DNA of 64,000 nucleotides from Escherichia coli (GTDB lineage Bacteria; Pseudomonadota; Gammaproteobacteria; Enterobacterales; Enterobacteriaceae): NCBI RefSeq assembly GCF_041886205.1, contig NZ_CP169030.1; one strand, 5' to 3'. Shown piece by piece: positions 1 to 11,300 of this stretch (position 1 is its first letter; each line of letters starts with the position of its first letter). The notes under the pieces were generated by a model. It saw only the letters and a program-made list of their open reading frames with translations, ran no database searches and was not told where the DNA came from. The position numbers and the translations under genes were made by a program.

Positions 1-293
1 GTTTCGGTTCTGCGCTGGACCGGGGTTTTTCTTGGTGGTTCTGTTTGTGTGTTGTAACTAAAGTGGCTCCGGTCGGGGCCCGCCGCTTGCGGTGGGAGGT
101 GCATATCTGTCTGTCCACAGGACAGGCAGTGAATAGGTTTTCTTTTTAAATGAATGTAATTAAGTAGTTTAAAGGAGATATAAACAGGTGTTTAAAAGAT
201 ACATTGCACCCTGTAAGGCTGGCGGCTGGCGCTTTATGACATGAACGGTTGTAACCTTATGAAGTAAGCGACTCGTCAGAACCGTATTGATAT

Positions 294-1865
294 TTACTGA
301 GAGCTCAGATCAACTTTCCAGGGCAACAGATCGCGTACCCGGTTTGCCGGCCAGTCCTGGATATGTTCAATGACGTAACGCAGCCACTTTTCTGGCTCCA
401 CATTGTTCAGACGGCATGTGCCGATCAGCGAGTACAACACCGCCGCATGTTCACCACCGCTGTCGGAACCCGCGAACATCCAGTTTTTCCGGCCTACGGC
501 CACTCCCCGTAAGGCGTTCTCTGCGATGTTGTTGTCGATTTCCACCCAGCCATTACTGCAGTACACGTTCAGTGCATCCCACTGTTTCAGCAGGTATGCG
601 AACGCTTTTGCCGTATCTGAGTGACGCGACAGTGTTTTCATCTGTTGCTGTATCCAGTCATACAGTGACTGCATCAGTGGCGCGGCTCTGGCTTTTCTTG
701 CCGCCAGACGCTGTTCTGCTGAACAGCCCCGGACCTCTGCCTCGATGGCATACAGTTCACCGATACGCTGCAGGGCTTCCGTGGTGATGTAGGTGGACGC
801 TCTTGCATGCACATCGTGGATTTTTCTCCGGGCATGAGCCATACACGCGGCTTCCGTTATTCTGCCGGATTCGTATAACGCCCGGTAACCACCGTAAGCA
901 TCGGCCTGAAGCACACCGCTGTAACCGGCCAGGTGATTTTGTGGATGGATACCTTTCCGGTCCGGACTGTACGCGAACCAGACCGCCGGGGGCATCTGTG
1001 AACCGGCGTTACGGTCATCACGGACGTAGACCCACAGCCGGGCTGTCCGGGTTTTACCGCTGCCCGGCTCCTGGACCGGGACGGGGATATCATCAGCATG
1101 GACTTTACCGGGCATCAGCACATACTGGCGCAGGACGTCATACAGCGGCTCCAGCAGTTCAGCAACAGCACCTGTCCAGCGCCCCAGTGTGGCACGGCTC
1201 AGCTCCACTCCCTGACGACGGTATATTTCTGACTGGCGGTATAACGGCAGATGGTCTGCATATTTCCCGGTGACAACATGGGCCAGAAGCCCCGCTCCGG
1301 CATAACTGCGTGCAATGGGTTTTGAAGGTACTGGTGCCTGCACGATATGGTCGCACCGGCAACAGGCCTGTTTCGGACGTTGTGTTTCGATAACCTTAAA
1401 GGCGCTGCTGATAAGCTCCAGTTGCTCTGACACATCACATCCCAGAGAACTGAGTTCACCACCACAGGCAGGACAGCATTCCTCTTCCGGCCGGATAACC
1501 CGGGTTTCACGGGGAAGTGAGGCCGGTAACGGTTTACGGGCTGAAGACTGGCGCAGGGCGGATGGCAGTACCGGGTCATATTGCTCACCCAGCGTTTCCG
1601 CCATTTCTTCCTGAAGTGCGCTGATTCGCTCCTGTGCTTCCTGTATCTGCCGTTCGGTTTTTGCACGAAGTTTTTCTGAGCTTTTACCGAACTGCATACG
1701 TTGCAGTTTCGCAACCAGCGCCTTCAGCCGGTTGATTTCGGAAGCATAAGCCGCCACCCGCTGTGAGAGCAGGCGGTTGTATTCAGCCATCTGGCGGATG
1801 GTGTCCTGTTGCGTCTGCAACAGTGCCCGCAGGCGGGCGTTCTCATGAGCAAGTGAGGTGTCCAT
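294..1865 (-). CDS. IS66-family transposase (TnpC/Orf3)
   Basis: 523 aa; N-terminal coiled-coil/leucine zipper, CxxC zinc motif and DDE region characteristic of IS66 transposases. Confidence 0.9.
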   Translation of the reverse strand: MDTSLAHENARLRALLQTQQDTIRQMAEYNRLLSQRVAAYASEINRLKALVAKLQRMQFGKSSEKLRAKTERQIQEAQERISALQEEMAETLGEQYDPVLPSALRQSSARKPLPASLPRETRVIRPEEECCPACGGELSSLGCDVSEQLELISSAFKVIETQRPKQACCRCDHIVQAPVPSKPIARSYAGAGLLAHVVTGKYADHLPLYRQSEIYRRQGVELSRATLGRWTGAVAELLEPLYDVLRQYVLMPGKVHADDIPVPVQEPGSGKTRTARLWVYVRDDRNAGSQMPPAVWFAYSPDRKGIHPQNHLAGYSGVLQADAYGGYRALYESGRITEAACMAHARRKIHDVHARASTYITTEALQRIGELYAIEAEVRGCSAEQRLAARKARAAPLMQSLYDWIQQQMKTLSRHSDTAKAFAYLLKQWDALNVYCSNGWVEIDNNIAENALRGVAVGRKNWMFAGSDSGGEHAAVLYSLIGTCRLNNVEPEKWLRYVIEHIQDWPANRVRDLLPWKVDLSSQ

Positions 1866-1884
1866 ATCCTCACTTTACAACGGG

Positions 1885-2232
1885 TTATATGCGGATTCCA
1901 GCGCGTTCCGTTCGTTTCGGGTGCTTCCAGTTGATACCTTCAAGAAGCATGGATAACTGAGCCGGAGTAAGGTGCACCTTGCCGTCACGGGTGACTGGCC
2001 AGACGAAGCGGCCCCGCTCCAGGCGTTTGGTGAAGAGGCACAGTCCGTCACTGTCAGCCCACAACACTTTTATCTGGTCACCCCGGCGTCCGCGGAAGAT
2101 GAACAGGTGTCCGGAGAACGGGTCATCCTTCAGGACGTTCTGAACTTTTGATGCCAGGCCGTTAAAGCCATTTCGCATATCGGTGATACCTGCAACCAGC
2201 CAGATACGCGAACCTGCAGGGAGAGATATCAT
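1885..2232 (-). CDS. IS66-family Orf2 (TnpB) accessory protein
   Basis: 115 aa, conserved IS66 Orf2 sequence (…WLVAGITDMRNGFNGLA…); overlaps orf1 stop. Confidence 0.9.
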   Translation of the reverse strand: MISLPAGSRIWLVAGITDMRNGFNGLASKVQNVLKDDPFSGHLFIFRGRRGDQIKVLWADSDGLCLFTKRLERGRFVWPVTRDGKVHLTPAQLSMLLEGINWKHPKRTERAGIRI

Positions 2233-2909
2233 CAGTGGCTGCTCCCTTTTATTTCGCGGATAAGTGTCTGTAATAACGCCGGCGTCAGTTTACCTTTAAG
2301 CCTGAGAGTTCCGGCCGGCAGAACCAGCTCACAACACAGACTGTCGGACGGTGTATTTATCTGCTCTGGTTCCTGTGCGGGGGCCGGGATTTTATTATCC
2401 GGCTCCGGCGTTAACGTCACGGGAAGCAGTGCCGGCATATTTTTTCCGGAAGGCAGCAGGCCACCTTTCCGGTATTGATGGCGCCAGTTGAAGAGCAGGT
2501 TATCGTTGATTCCGTTTTCCCGGGCGATCTGCGCCACACAGGCTCCGGGCTGCAGTGACTGCTCCACTAAGGCGATTTTAAACTCATAAGGGAAGTTGGG
2601 CCGCCGGGGACGTTTTTTTACCACGGGGGCTTCGGATATAACGGTGCTTTCAGGACGTACGACTGGTACCGTGGAAAATTGTCCGTAAAGGCAGGCATCA
2701 AGTTCCTGCTCCGACATGCCTGCGGGCAAAGGCCACGAAAGGCCAGCTCTCCGAAAGCGCACGAACATACTACAAACTGTTGATTTTGGTACACCCAGGC
2801 GACGCCCGGCCACAACCCGGGGTAAATGTTCTTCAAAGTGAAGACGTAAAGCTTCAGTGATCCAGGTCCGGTGTTTCATACGATAGTGTCCATTAAAAAT
2901 GATGGACAT
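2232..2909 (-). CDS. IS66-family Orf1 (TnpA-like, HTH) accessory protein; start codon uncertain
   Basis: Position upstream of and overlapping IS66 orf2; HTH-like segment. Confidence 0.7.
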   Translation of the reverse strand: MSIIFNGHYRMKHRTWITEALRLHFEEHLPRVVAGRRLGVPKSTVCSMFVRFRRAGLSWPLPAGMSEQELDACLYGQFSTVPVVRPESTVISEAPVVKKRPRRPNFPYEFKIALVEQSLQPGACVAQIARENGINDNLLFNWRHQYRKGGLLPSGKNMPALLPVTLTPEPDNKIPAPAQEPEQINTPSDSLCCELVLPAGTLRLKGKLTPALLQTLIREIKGSSH

Positions 2910-2959
2910 TATTTTTGTAGAGCCGGAGGAAACAGACCAGACGGTTTAAATGAGCCGGT

Positions 2960-3170
2960 TACCCTTATGAGGAAGTCCCTTGCAGTTAAATGTGGATAAG
3001 CAAAATTCCTCGTCTGTGAGGCGTGTTTTGTATCAAAAACAGGAGGGACCGGATGCACCTGAAGGTGGATGATGAGGTTGTTTTTTGTATGCGGTGCTGT
3101 TTTTTTGTTCGCCGACAGGCTTCAGGCGTGCAGATGCCTCCGGTGCGGGCCGGATTATTCAGAGGAGGTC
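2960..3170. other. oriR: Probable IncFII oriR region downstream of repA1 (contains DnaA box TGTGGATAA near 2990)
   Basis: Location immediately 3' of repA1 as in R1/R100; DnaA-box consensus; boundaries inferred. Confidence 0.4.
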
Positions 3171-3174
3171 ACTT

Positions 3175-4032
3175 TCAGGGGGAATCTGTGGCCAGCCGGC
3201 TGTAATTACGGTTACGTGACAGAATCATGCGCTCTTTCACACGACGCTCCACTTCGCGTTTTACCGCCTCACGATTGGCAGTGAAGCGCCCTTCCGAGAT
3301 TTCACGCGTCAGCTGCCGTTTCACCAGGGTGACGATATCCTGACGTTCCCTGTTCGCATCACGACGCGCACGGGCACGTTTTATTCCACGGGACTTAAGC
3401 TCTGTCTGGTAACTGCGGAAACGCTCACGCACAAAACGCCAGGCTTTCGCTATCAGTTCATCCATACCCAGGGTATCCAGTCCCTGCTTTTTGCGCTGTC
3501 TGTTTTCCCATTCAACACGACTGCGGCGCGCAGCAACCACTGCATCCTCAGACACATCAAGGGCGGCAAATAGCGCCGGTGTGAACGTGATATCGGTCGG
3601 AATGTAGCACCCGATAAGCGGATCATATTCCGTCTGGTAGGTAATCAGTCCCAGCTCTGCAAGGAACGTCAAGGCTCGGGTGGCCCGGGTGATGGAGAGT
3701 TTTCCGGCAGCAGACTCCGTCGCCAGTCCGCACTCAATGGCCAGCGTAGTGATGGAGCACTGGACGCGGTTGGCCAGCGGGTCATAGTGAAAACACAGCC
3801 CCTGCAGCAGCGCATCAATAGCCCGGCGACGCAGTACCGGTGGCATGCGCCGACGCAGTCCCTTCGAACGAGCATGTGCCACATGAATGGCGAAATCAAA
3901 ACGGGAGGTGAAGCCCACCGCCTTTTCCATCAGTTTTTCGCAGAACTTCAGCGTTCCGGCACCTTCACGGGGTGTGAACACCGGATTCGGGTTTTTAACC
4001 TGTGAATAGTATTTTTGAAGGAGATCAGCCAT
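3175..4032 (-). CDS. repA1: IncFII replication initiator RepA1
   Basis: Near-identical to recalled R100/R1 RepA1 (…[23 protein letters not shown]…[10 protein letters not shown]…); own SD GGAGGGGG 5 nt upstream of ATG at 4032. Confidence 0.93.
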   Translation of the reverse strand: MADLLQKYYSQVKNPNPVFTPREGAGTLKFCEKLMEKAVGFTSRFDFAIHVAHARSKGLRRRMPPVLRRRAIDALLQGLCFHYDPLANRVQCSITTLAIECGLATESAAGKLSITRATRALTFLAELGLITYQTEYDPLIGCYIPTDITFTPALFAALDVSEDAVVAARRSRVEWENRQRKKQGLDTLGMDELIAKAWRFVRERFRSYQTELKSRGIKRARARRDANRERQDIVTLVKRQLTREISEGRFTANREAVKREVERRVKERMILSRNRNYSRLATDSP

Positions 4033-4519
4033 GTCCCCCTCCAACACTATTCCCCCTCCTACGGGCGGCAACTAGCTCGTCTGGGCCGACACGTAAAGTT
4101 TCGAACATATCTGGTCTGAACCAGATGGTTCCTCCATCAAAAGCGATGAGATGAAGATCATTATCAAGAGTTTTGAGGGCTCTCCAAACACGAGTGTATG
4201 AACCTCCACTACAAACTGAAAGCTCTTTAACAGATAAGTTAACTTTGTTCGTATCAGGGATGTAGTGTGCGCACATTACTTGTACGAGGGAAACATAAAA
4301 ACTAACCATCGACGCGCTGATTTTATTTTTACGTTTGCCATGCGCTATTACAAGCAAACCTCTGATGAAGATCAGATGCTTGAAGGAGTCAAAATGAGCC
4401 CTTTTCTGGAGAAGGCTGCAAAACAGGTGAGGATACTTGCTGGAATCAATGTGAAGATCTGATTCAATCCCACCCGCTATTACTGAATGTGTTTCATGAT
4501 TAGCCACACCATCCTGCAC
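4025..4519 (-). CDS. Hypothetical ORF inside a low-GC insertion between tap and repA1; C-terminal part has a Rep-like winged-helix motif; start uncertain (possibly non-ATG)
   Basis: Open frame across the inserted segment; motif [24 protein letters not shown] resembles the wHTH of RepA proteins. Confidence 0.25.
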   Translation of the reverse strand: MQDGVANHETHSVIAGGIESDLHIDSSKYPHLFCSLLQKRAHFDSFKHLIFIRGLLVIAHGKRKNKISASMVSFYVSLVQVMCAHYIPDTNKVNLSVKELSVCSGGSYTRVWRALKTLDNDLHLIAFDGGTIWFRPDMFETLRVGPDELVAARRRGNSVGGGHG

Positions 4520-4574
4520 TTACAATGCACAGAAGGAGTGAGCACAGAAAGAAGTCTTGAACTTTTCCGGGCAT
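4500..4574 (-). CDS. tap: tap (repA6) leader peptide of IncFII repA mRNA
   Basis: 24-aa [27 protein letters not shown] matching recalled R1 tap; immediately downstream of CopT. Confidence 0.65.
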   Translation of the reverse strand: MPGKVQDFFLCSLLLCIVSAGWCG

Positions 4575-4602
4575 ATAACTATACTCCCCGCATAGCTGAA
4601 TT

Positions 4603-4694
4603 GTTGGCTATACGGTTTAAGTGGATCCCGGTAATCTTCTCCTCGTCGCCAAACTAGATGAAGATTATCGGGGTTTTTGCTTTTCTGGCTCCTG
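4603..4694 (+). ncRNA. copA: CopA antisense RNA (IncFII copy-number control); ends approximate
   Basis: Sequence matches recalled CopA stem-loop II and terminator (…CGGGGTTTTTGCTTTT); lies inside the standard FII typing amplicon whose primer sites I located at 4506-4523 and 4745-4764. Confidence 0.65.
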
Positions 4695-4807
4695 TAAATC
4701 CACATCAGAACCAGTTCCCTGCCACCTTATGGCGTGGCCAGCCACAAAATTCCTTAAACGATCAGCAATCTATCACTCACGCCTGAGATAAGCAAGAATG
4801 TGAATAT

Positions 4808-5065
4808 TTACAAAGTCGCTCTGCGTTTCAGCTCTGATTCAATCAGTTTTTCAAGCATCTGCGCCTGGGTAATACCTTCCTCATCTGCCAGTTCACTCAG
4901 CCTGTCTTTTAACCGGGCCTGGATAACCGCATGAAAAGCCTTATGAGTGTTGCTTCTGCGAGCTAGAGAAGCCCTTTGCCTCTCTCTGGCCGGAACAGGG
5001 TTACCTTTCCGGTATGCACGCTTGTTACCTGATGAGGAAGTCACTGCATTTTCTGTCTGCGACAT
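4808..5065 (-). CDS. repA2: RepA2 / CopB transcriptional repressor of repA
   Basis: 85 aa, matches recalled CopB sequence. Confidence 0.85.
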
Positions 5066-5348
5066 CTCGCCCCCTCAATATTTAAACAGGGATCGTTTCG
5101 CAGAGGATACTACAGTTTTTTGAAATCAGCGACTTGAGAATTGTGACAATGATCTGTGTTGGCGCACAAATCATGTCTGATTACGACCGTTTAATGTGAT
5201 TTTGATAATGAAATGACTGAAAAGCAGGATATGCCTGAACCTGGGTGCCGGCCCCGGGCGGGACCGGCTGTTTCTGGCATGTCGGGTGTCTGCCCCTGAA
5301 ATACCTCACACTTCCGGAAAGCGGGGACTTCCGTCCCCGCCCGGCAGC

Positions 5349-5498
5349 TTACTTCCGTGCTTCGTAGGCCAGAGTTACCTGCACCACTGTATTTCCCCTG
5401 TGAATATTCAGCTCACATAACCGTTCCCTGAATATCAGTGAAAAACACAACACCGTAGCGCACACGGCGAGCAACCCGATAAGGGCATATTTCGTCAT
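5349..5498 (-). CDS. srnB: SrnB, Hok/Gef-family type I toxin (with overlapping mok-like leader ORF up to 5555)
   Basis: 49-aa product MTKYALIGLLAVCATVLCFSLIFRERLCELNIHRGNTVVQVTLAYEARK, the F/R100 srnB sequence. Confidence 0.85.
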   Translation of the reverse strand: MTKYALIGLLAVCATVLCFSLIFRERLCELNIHRGNTVVQVTLAYEARK

Positions 5499-5892
5499 AA
5501 ACTTTGACCTCTCTGCAAGGAAGAGGCTACAATCAGTAGTGTTAAGGTACTTCATGCAGACCTCACGAGTTAATGGATTAACAAGTGGGGTCTTCGCATT
5601 TCTGGTACCTGCGTCTTGCCTGAACCAGAAAGGCTCAGACACCCGCCGCGATAATACCACATTCCCTGTTGCTTAATAACTGCCACCACTGGCGCGATCA
5701 GATATTGGTTGTCTGGAGATTCAGGGTCCAACCTAACTTGAGCCAGCTATAGCGCGAAACCGTAAATTATTGTTCGTATGCTCCCGCTGGTCCAGAATGG
5801 GAATTCCCTCTGTCTGATGTTGAGCAGTCATGGAGAATTGAAACTTGTTTAAGACTTTGGCAGCCTACTGTTTTTAATACACCCAATAAGGT

Positions 5893-6210
5893 ATGAAGAT
5901 GAAACCAGGTAAGTTGTTAGCCGCCGCTACCGTTTTAACGATAACTGCATGTGCTGGAAAGGTTGAAAAAGACCCGCAATATGTAGCCGCAGAGAAATGT
6001 GCAGATTTAGTTATCATAAAATCAAGAGCTCTGGCAGAGAAAGGCATAAGTGGTAAATACGTACTAACATCAAAACTCCGTACAACTTCGACGTCTGATG
6101 GCCCATTCACATCAACAAAAATCAGAGGCATTCCATATGCAACCTCTACGTTCCTCGACAATGGTAATGAGGGGAGTGCCTGGAGAAAATGTATGGGGCA
6201 GAAATTGTAA
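5893..6210 (+). CDS. Hypothetical lipoprotein (signal peptide with lipobox LTITAC)
   Basis: N-terminal signal peptide followed by Cys; no family recognised. Confidence 0.45.
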   Translation: MKMKPGKLLAAATVLTITACAGKVEKDPQYVAAEKCADLVIIKSRALAEKGISGKYVLTSKLRTTSTSDGPFTSTKIRGIPYATSTFLDNGNEGSAWRKCMGQKL

Positions 6211-6674
6211 GCATGAGTTGTTCCCCAAAAGGATTTTGGGGGTGTTAAAAATAGTTTACATTTCCAGTTAAGATTCAGTGCGAAACACTTTTCCCGCAAG
6301 TATCTGTGTGCCACAAATTATATTAATCAGAGTCTTATGGGGTTCAACTTATTCAAACCGTAAGTTTCTGCACAGACTTTCCTGCTGGCCCAGTACACGA
6401 ACAACCTGCCCATAAATATCTGCAGACAATACCGGCTATGAAAAGATAAATAATACCAGTGGAATATATTCCCTCATGTTATTCTCCATATCAAATAAAT
6501 GGCACCTGTATTTCAGGCATCCTGAATATTGCAGCACACATTGAATAACACCTTATTTTGTGAAATAAATCACAAAATATAAAATCACGACTTAATACGA
6601 AAAAAAACTCTGTGCTACTCAGAATTGTCCGGTCATACTACCCGACCGGAGATTAAAAAAGTAAATCTCATGCA

Positions 6675-6863
6675 TTATTCAGCCTTCTGACTCCTGGAGT
6701 AATGAAGGCTGCTTTTTTCGTTACACCTTTCCCCGGCAGCCCGTCGCCATGCTTCTGCCGCTTCCATCCAGCGTCCACTGATCTCCAGAATAACGGCCCG
6801 GCTTCCGGCACGCTGCCAGCGCCAGACCTGACCGTTCCGTGAACTGTTTCTGAATCCATTCAT
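6675..6863 (-). CDS. Hypothetical small protein (62 aa) with strong SD
   Basis: AAGGGAGGGG 7-9 nt upstream of ATG at 6863; product not recognised. Confidence 0.3.
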   Translation of the reverse strand: MNGFRNSSRNGQVWRWQRAGSRAVILEISGRWMEAAEAWRRAAGERCNEKSSLHYSRSQKAE

Positions 6864-6969
6864 TTTTCTGCCCCTCCCTTTTAGTCGTCAGTATTATTGT
6901 GGTAAATAATTCAGTGGACTGGCTTCCTTTCGGGTACGGAAGTTATTTCCTTTTAAGCCTTATTTCCCT

Positions 6970-6998
6970 GCCTCCTCTCTCTGATGGAGGCTTTTTTT
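6970..6998 (+). terminator. Rho-independent terminator-like hairpin (GCCTCC…GGAGGC + T7), plus-strand orientation
   Basis: Perfect 6-bp stem followed by seven T; overlaps finO stop. Confidence 0.4.
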
Positions 6999-7557
6999 AT
7001 TTCTCATCAAGCACGGCCTGAAGTTCTGCCTTTATCCGGTTCTGGCGGCGGATTTTATCCAGACGCTCTGCCGCATACGCTTCCTCCTCCTGAGAAATAT
7101 GCTCCGTCACATACCCTTCCGTGTCATACCGGCAGGCACCGGCTTTCATGGCACACAGATAGCTTTCTGAACGGGTGATGGCCTTCAGCGCCCTGCGCAG
7201 TTTTTTATGCGAGAGCGGGATATTCCGCTGCGCCACGTCTTCCAGTAACACGTCCCGGATACCGCAGGCCAGAAGCCGGGGCGTGTCACCGTCAAATAAT
7301 CCCGGCCACCAGGGCTTCAGGGTGTTCACGGCATCATCCAGCGTGGGCAGATTCAGATAAATGGACAGCGCCTGTCTGGCCTGCGCTTTTTTTGCCGCCA
7401 GCTCTGCTTCCCGGGCGGCTTTCTCGGCCAGCTTCTGCTTTTTCACCTTCCACTTTGGTGGCGTGGTGACATTGATGATGGTTTTCCGGCTGCGGACAAG
7501 CGTCTCCCCTTCTGTCTTCCGCTTCAGTGTCAGTACCGGTCGCTTCTGCTCTGTCAT
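6997..7557 (-). CDS. finO: FinO fertility-inhibition RNA chaperone (intact)
   Basis: 186 aa matching recalled F-like FinO ([17 protein letters not shown]…); not interrupted by IS3 as in F. Confidence 0.93.
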   Translation of the reverse strand: MTEQKRPVLTLKRKTEGETLVRSRKTIINVTTPPKWKVKKQKLAEKAAREAELAAKKAQARQALSIYLNLPTLDDAVNTLKPWWPGLFDGDTPRLLACGIRDVLLEDVAQRNIPLSHKKLRRALKAITRSESYLCAMKAGACRYDTEGYVTEHISQEEEAYAAERLDKIRRQNRIKAELQAVLDEK

Positions 7558-7611
7558 GCTGTGTTCTGCCTCTGACGAATCATCCTCTTGCGGCCAAAGA
7601 TACCACACCCG

Positions 7612-8358
7612 TCACAGCGCCAGAACGCCCAGCACAGCCAGATGACAGGCATAGAACGTCGGGAAAAAGTCTCCGGGCCAGAAACGGGATAATAATTTCC
7701 CTGCACACGACACCAGACCAACGGTCAGCACCGTCATCACAAGGCCGGCTACAGCCGCCGCATCACTGGTGGCAAGGTTAAGCGCCGGAATCACGGCCAG
7801 CAGGCAAGCGACAAGCACCAGACGTTCCATTCTGTCTTCCGCCCGGTACAGCCGGTGGCTGACAGCCAGCATCAGCAGCCCGGCAATGCCGTAACTGGTG
7901 CCGGACAAAGGCCCCCACAGTGCCATCATGAGAATGGCCGCTGCAGTACGCCACCCACTGCGCGTTTCACACCATGTCAGCACCTGTGCCGCCACTGCAA
8001 AGGCAAACAGGATATTCCCCTCATACCAGGGAAAGCCGGCAAAGTAATACCAGAACTGGGAAAAAACTGCCCATCCCCACAGCCGGTTAATGGCCAGTTG
8101 CCGGATATGCGCATGACGGGACAGATTCAGCCCCCACACCAGGGCAAACAGCGGAAAGGCCCCGCGCCCGGCCAGAAACATCCACGACTGGTCCAGATGC
8201 AGAATACGGTTTGCATGGTCCAGAACCATCAGCACCAGTGCCACCGTTTTGATGATATCCCGCTGTCCGGGTGACCAGACCAGCAACGACTGCAACCAGG
8301 TATCGGTCCGGGCAACCAGTGAATCGTTACGTGTCGTGTTCGTGTTATCCGTTGTCAT
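7612..8358 (-). CDS. traX: TraX, F-pilin N-acetylase
   Basis: Multi-TM protein collinear with F TraX, downstream of traI. Confidence 0.9.
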   Translation of the reverse strand: MTTDNTNTTRNDSLVARTDTWLQSLLVWSPGQRDIIKTVALVLMVLDHANRILHLDQSWMFLAGRGAFPLFALVWGLNLSRHAHIRQLAINRLWGWAVFSQFWYYFAGFPWYEGNILFAFAVAAQVLTWCETRSGWRTAAAILMMALWGPLSGTSYGIAGLLMLAVSHRLYRAEDRMERLVLVACLLAVIPALNLATSDAAAVAGLVMTVLTVGLVSCAGKLLSRFWPGDFFPTFYACHLAVLGVLAL

Positions 8359-8377
8359 CAGCGTTTGTCTTCCTGTA

Positions 8378-11300
8378 TCAGTCTCCACCCAGGGTTTTCT
8401 CTTTCTGCAGGTCGCGGACCATATCCCGCTCCATCTGCTGAAGTCGCTCCTGCAGCAGATTTTCCCGGGCAATTTCCCTGACAGCTTCCCGCACCCGTTG
8501 AGGTTCACGCAGTACACCCTCCGGCAGCGCGGCTTCCCGTTCAGTTATGGCAGCCCGGTCACGCTCCTGCCCGGCAATCTCCCTGACAGCCTGCTCTGTT
8601 TTGCCATCCGGCAGGTCAGGTTTGTTCTCTGCCATTTTACGGACAATTTCATCTGCGCGGCGTTCCGTTTCACGACGGATGGCCTCTTCAGCCTGCCGCT
8701 GTGCCAGCACCTCTGCCGTGACCGGTTCGCCATTTCCGGCTCCCGGCCGGACACTGTTGTCCGGGATATCCCCCCACACGCGACCACCGGTGATGGCACC
8801 GGGATTCCACGGACGACCTTCACCGGCGATTCTCACCACCACACCGCTGTCAGGATTATCACGGGCAATCCGGACACCATCCTGCATATTATCAGCCAGC
8901 AGGCTCTCTCCGTTACGGCTGCCCTGCAGGGCCACGAACTGCGCATCCCCGCTGCCTTTCACCCGTCCTTCACCACTGAATCCCCGAAGTCCGTTTCCGT
9001 CATCCGTGGTCAGTGGGTTCAGCCAGATACCGGCGGACTTGCCGTTACGGTCAAAGGCCGGCAGGGCTACATACGGCTGCGGATATTTGCGCCCCGGTGC
9101 AATAAACCGTGCAGGACTGTCTCCCCCGGCCAGCCCTGCCTGACGGAGAACGGCACGACCAGCTGCCACGTCCCGCAGCTCCCGCGCCGTACTGAACAGC
9201 CGCTGCGCATTCATGACCTCCCGGTCAGCCCCCGGCTCCAGCACATCGTGAGCCGTTCCTTTCTGTACGGCTTTGCTGATGGCATCCGTCCAGCCCTGAC
9301 GGTTATCGGTGTACACCTGCACATGCTGCTTCATACGCGACAGGGCCACGTAGGCTGACTCAAAGCCGGCCATCAGTTTCCGGCTGCCTTCCGTACCTTC
9401 AAGCGCGATGGCAAAGGTTTCACTTGCCCCCTGCGCACCGTGAGCGGTGATGGCATAGGCCAGGTCAATATGTTGCTCTGCCCGCTCCTTGGCGGGGCGA
9501 ATCACCCGGGTCTGCTGTCCGCCCGACAGCGTGACACTGTCACCGGAAACCGCTGTCACCGTCCAGACGCTGTTGGCCACATAACCACGCTCCCGGTCAC
9601 TCTTCGTGAAGCGCATCCGGTCACCGGTTCCCACCCTGATGGTGTCCGGGGTGTACAGTGTGACACCTTCAGCCACCGCCTCCCGGGGAGAAATCAGCCG
9701 CGTGTTACCTTCCGCATCCTGCAGGGTTATCAGCCCGTCATCCTTACTGATACCGGCAATCCGGTGATACACATTATCCACCAGGACAAGTGCGTCCCGA
9801 TGTGTCTCCCAGGTGGAGAGACGACGCAGCTCCCCGTCACGTATATTCGCTGTGTTCAGGACAGACACCATGACCTGCTCTTTCCCCAGCTCACCGGCCT
9901 TTTCCCGTACATCATGAATCATGCTGTTCAGTACGCGCCGGTCCTCATTCAGGTGCGTGACAATCAGCGTCTGCTCCCGTGCTTCCGGTGTTCTGCCGGT
10001 ATAGTCGCGGACAATGGCTTCATACAGTGTCATGGGGACATCCGGAAAAGCCTCGCCTTTCAGCATCGCCTTCTGCTGCGCTTCTGCCAGTTTCGCTTCC
10101 TGGCTGTGACTGAACTCCGTCACGGAGTGCTCCGGTGCCCATGCGCCCTCCTGACGTGGCACCTGAGACGGTTTCACACTCTCAAGCCCGGACAGTGCCC
10201 TTTCCACATCCCGGTTAATCAGGCTGTATACCGCCTCCCGCAGTTCCGGCGTCTGACGCACAATCTCCTTCATGATGGCCACATCGGCAGCACTGCGCGT
10301 CTGCTGGAGACGGAAAGGCTGACCGGGCGCGATGGCCTGCAGCTGGTCCGTGTCACCACTGGCCACCGCCCTACCGCCACCGGCCGCAATCAGGGCGTAT
10401 GCCCGTGCCATGTCGGTATTGCCCACCATTGAGCTCTCATCGAGCAGGAACAGCGTGTTGCTGAAATCCGGCGTTTCTCCGCTGCGCTGCTGCAGCTGCG
10501 TGTCATGCAGAAAGGACGCCAGTGTCTGCGCATCCACGCCGGCGCTGCGCATCTCCCCGACCGCACGGTGTGTGGGACCCAGCCCCACGACTCGGGGACG
10601 CTCACTCTCCGGCAGCATGTTCACGGCTGACATCACCGCCCGGAACTGTGTGGTCTTACCCACACCGGCATAGCCCTGTACCACCGTGAAACGGTCGGAC
10701 GTTTCCAGTATCATGCGGGTGGCGGCACGCTGTCCTGATGTCAGTTTCTCCATGAGTTCGCCAGGTACTCTCTCCATCAGCGGCATGACCGCCTCCTTAC
10801 CTTCGAGAATATGGCGAAGAATGCTCTTTTCTGCCTCATACGACGCACGGGAAACCAGCAGACCTGTGCCATAGCCTTTTGCCACATCCACATACAGTAA
10901 ATCACCCCGTTTTATCTGCGCATTGATTTCCCCTCCCAGTTCAGTAAAACCGGTTCCTTCTGCAGCAAACGACTTTGCCTCTGTCAGCAGGTCCACCATG
11001 CTGAAGGCCAGTTTTTTACTTTCCACCACCGGAAGGGCAAGATGAATGGCCTGCTGTGCCGGCGTGTGAAGTGCGGACTTCTGATGACTGATAGCCGTTT
11101 CCAGCGATGTCTCACCGGCCCGCGTCTTTATCTGCTCAGAAACCACCGTAAAGGACGGATGGCGGGCAAGTTTTTCCGCAGTACGGGTTTCATCCAGTGA
11201 GGAATACAGCCGGACATCACGACCACTGCGGGCCAGACCGTTCAGGGTGGCATTGTCCATTGCCATCTGTGTGACGGAGGCAAAAACCGTCGCACTGTCG

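Larger units (their letters stand above)
255..2960 (-). mobile_element. IS66-family insertion sequence (orf1-orf2-tnpC arrangement); element ends approximate, terminal repeats not resolved
   Basis: Three co-directional overlapping ORFs typical of IS66 family; GTAAGCG motif near 264-270 resembles IS66 terminus. Confidence 0.8.

Noticed and set aside
4520-4705. 61-aa minus-strand ORF overlapping the copA/CopT region
   Set aside because: It overlaps the antisense-RNA control region and the tap leader in another frame; it is better explained as non-coding repA leader sequence.
7612-8517. Extended 301-aa N-terminal version of traX (and similar N-terminal extensions of traI, traW, ssb, klcA, traJ, finO ORFs)
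   Set aside because: The ORF finder took the most upstream start; known family N-termini and RBS positions support the internal starts used in the feature table.
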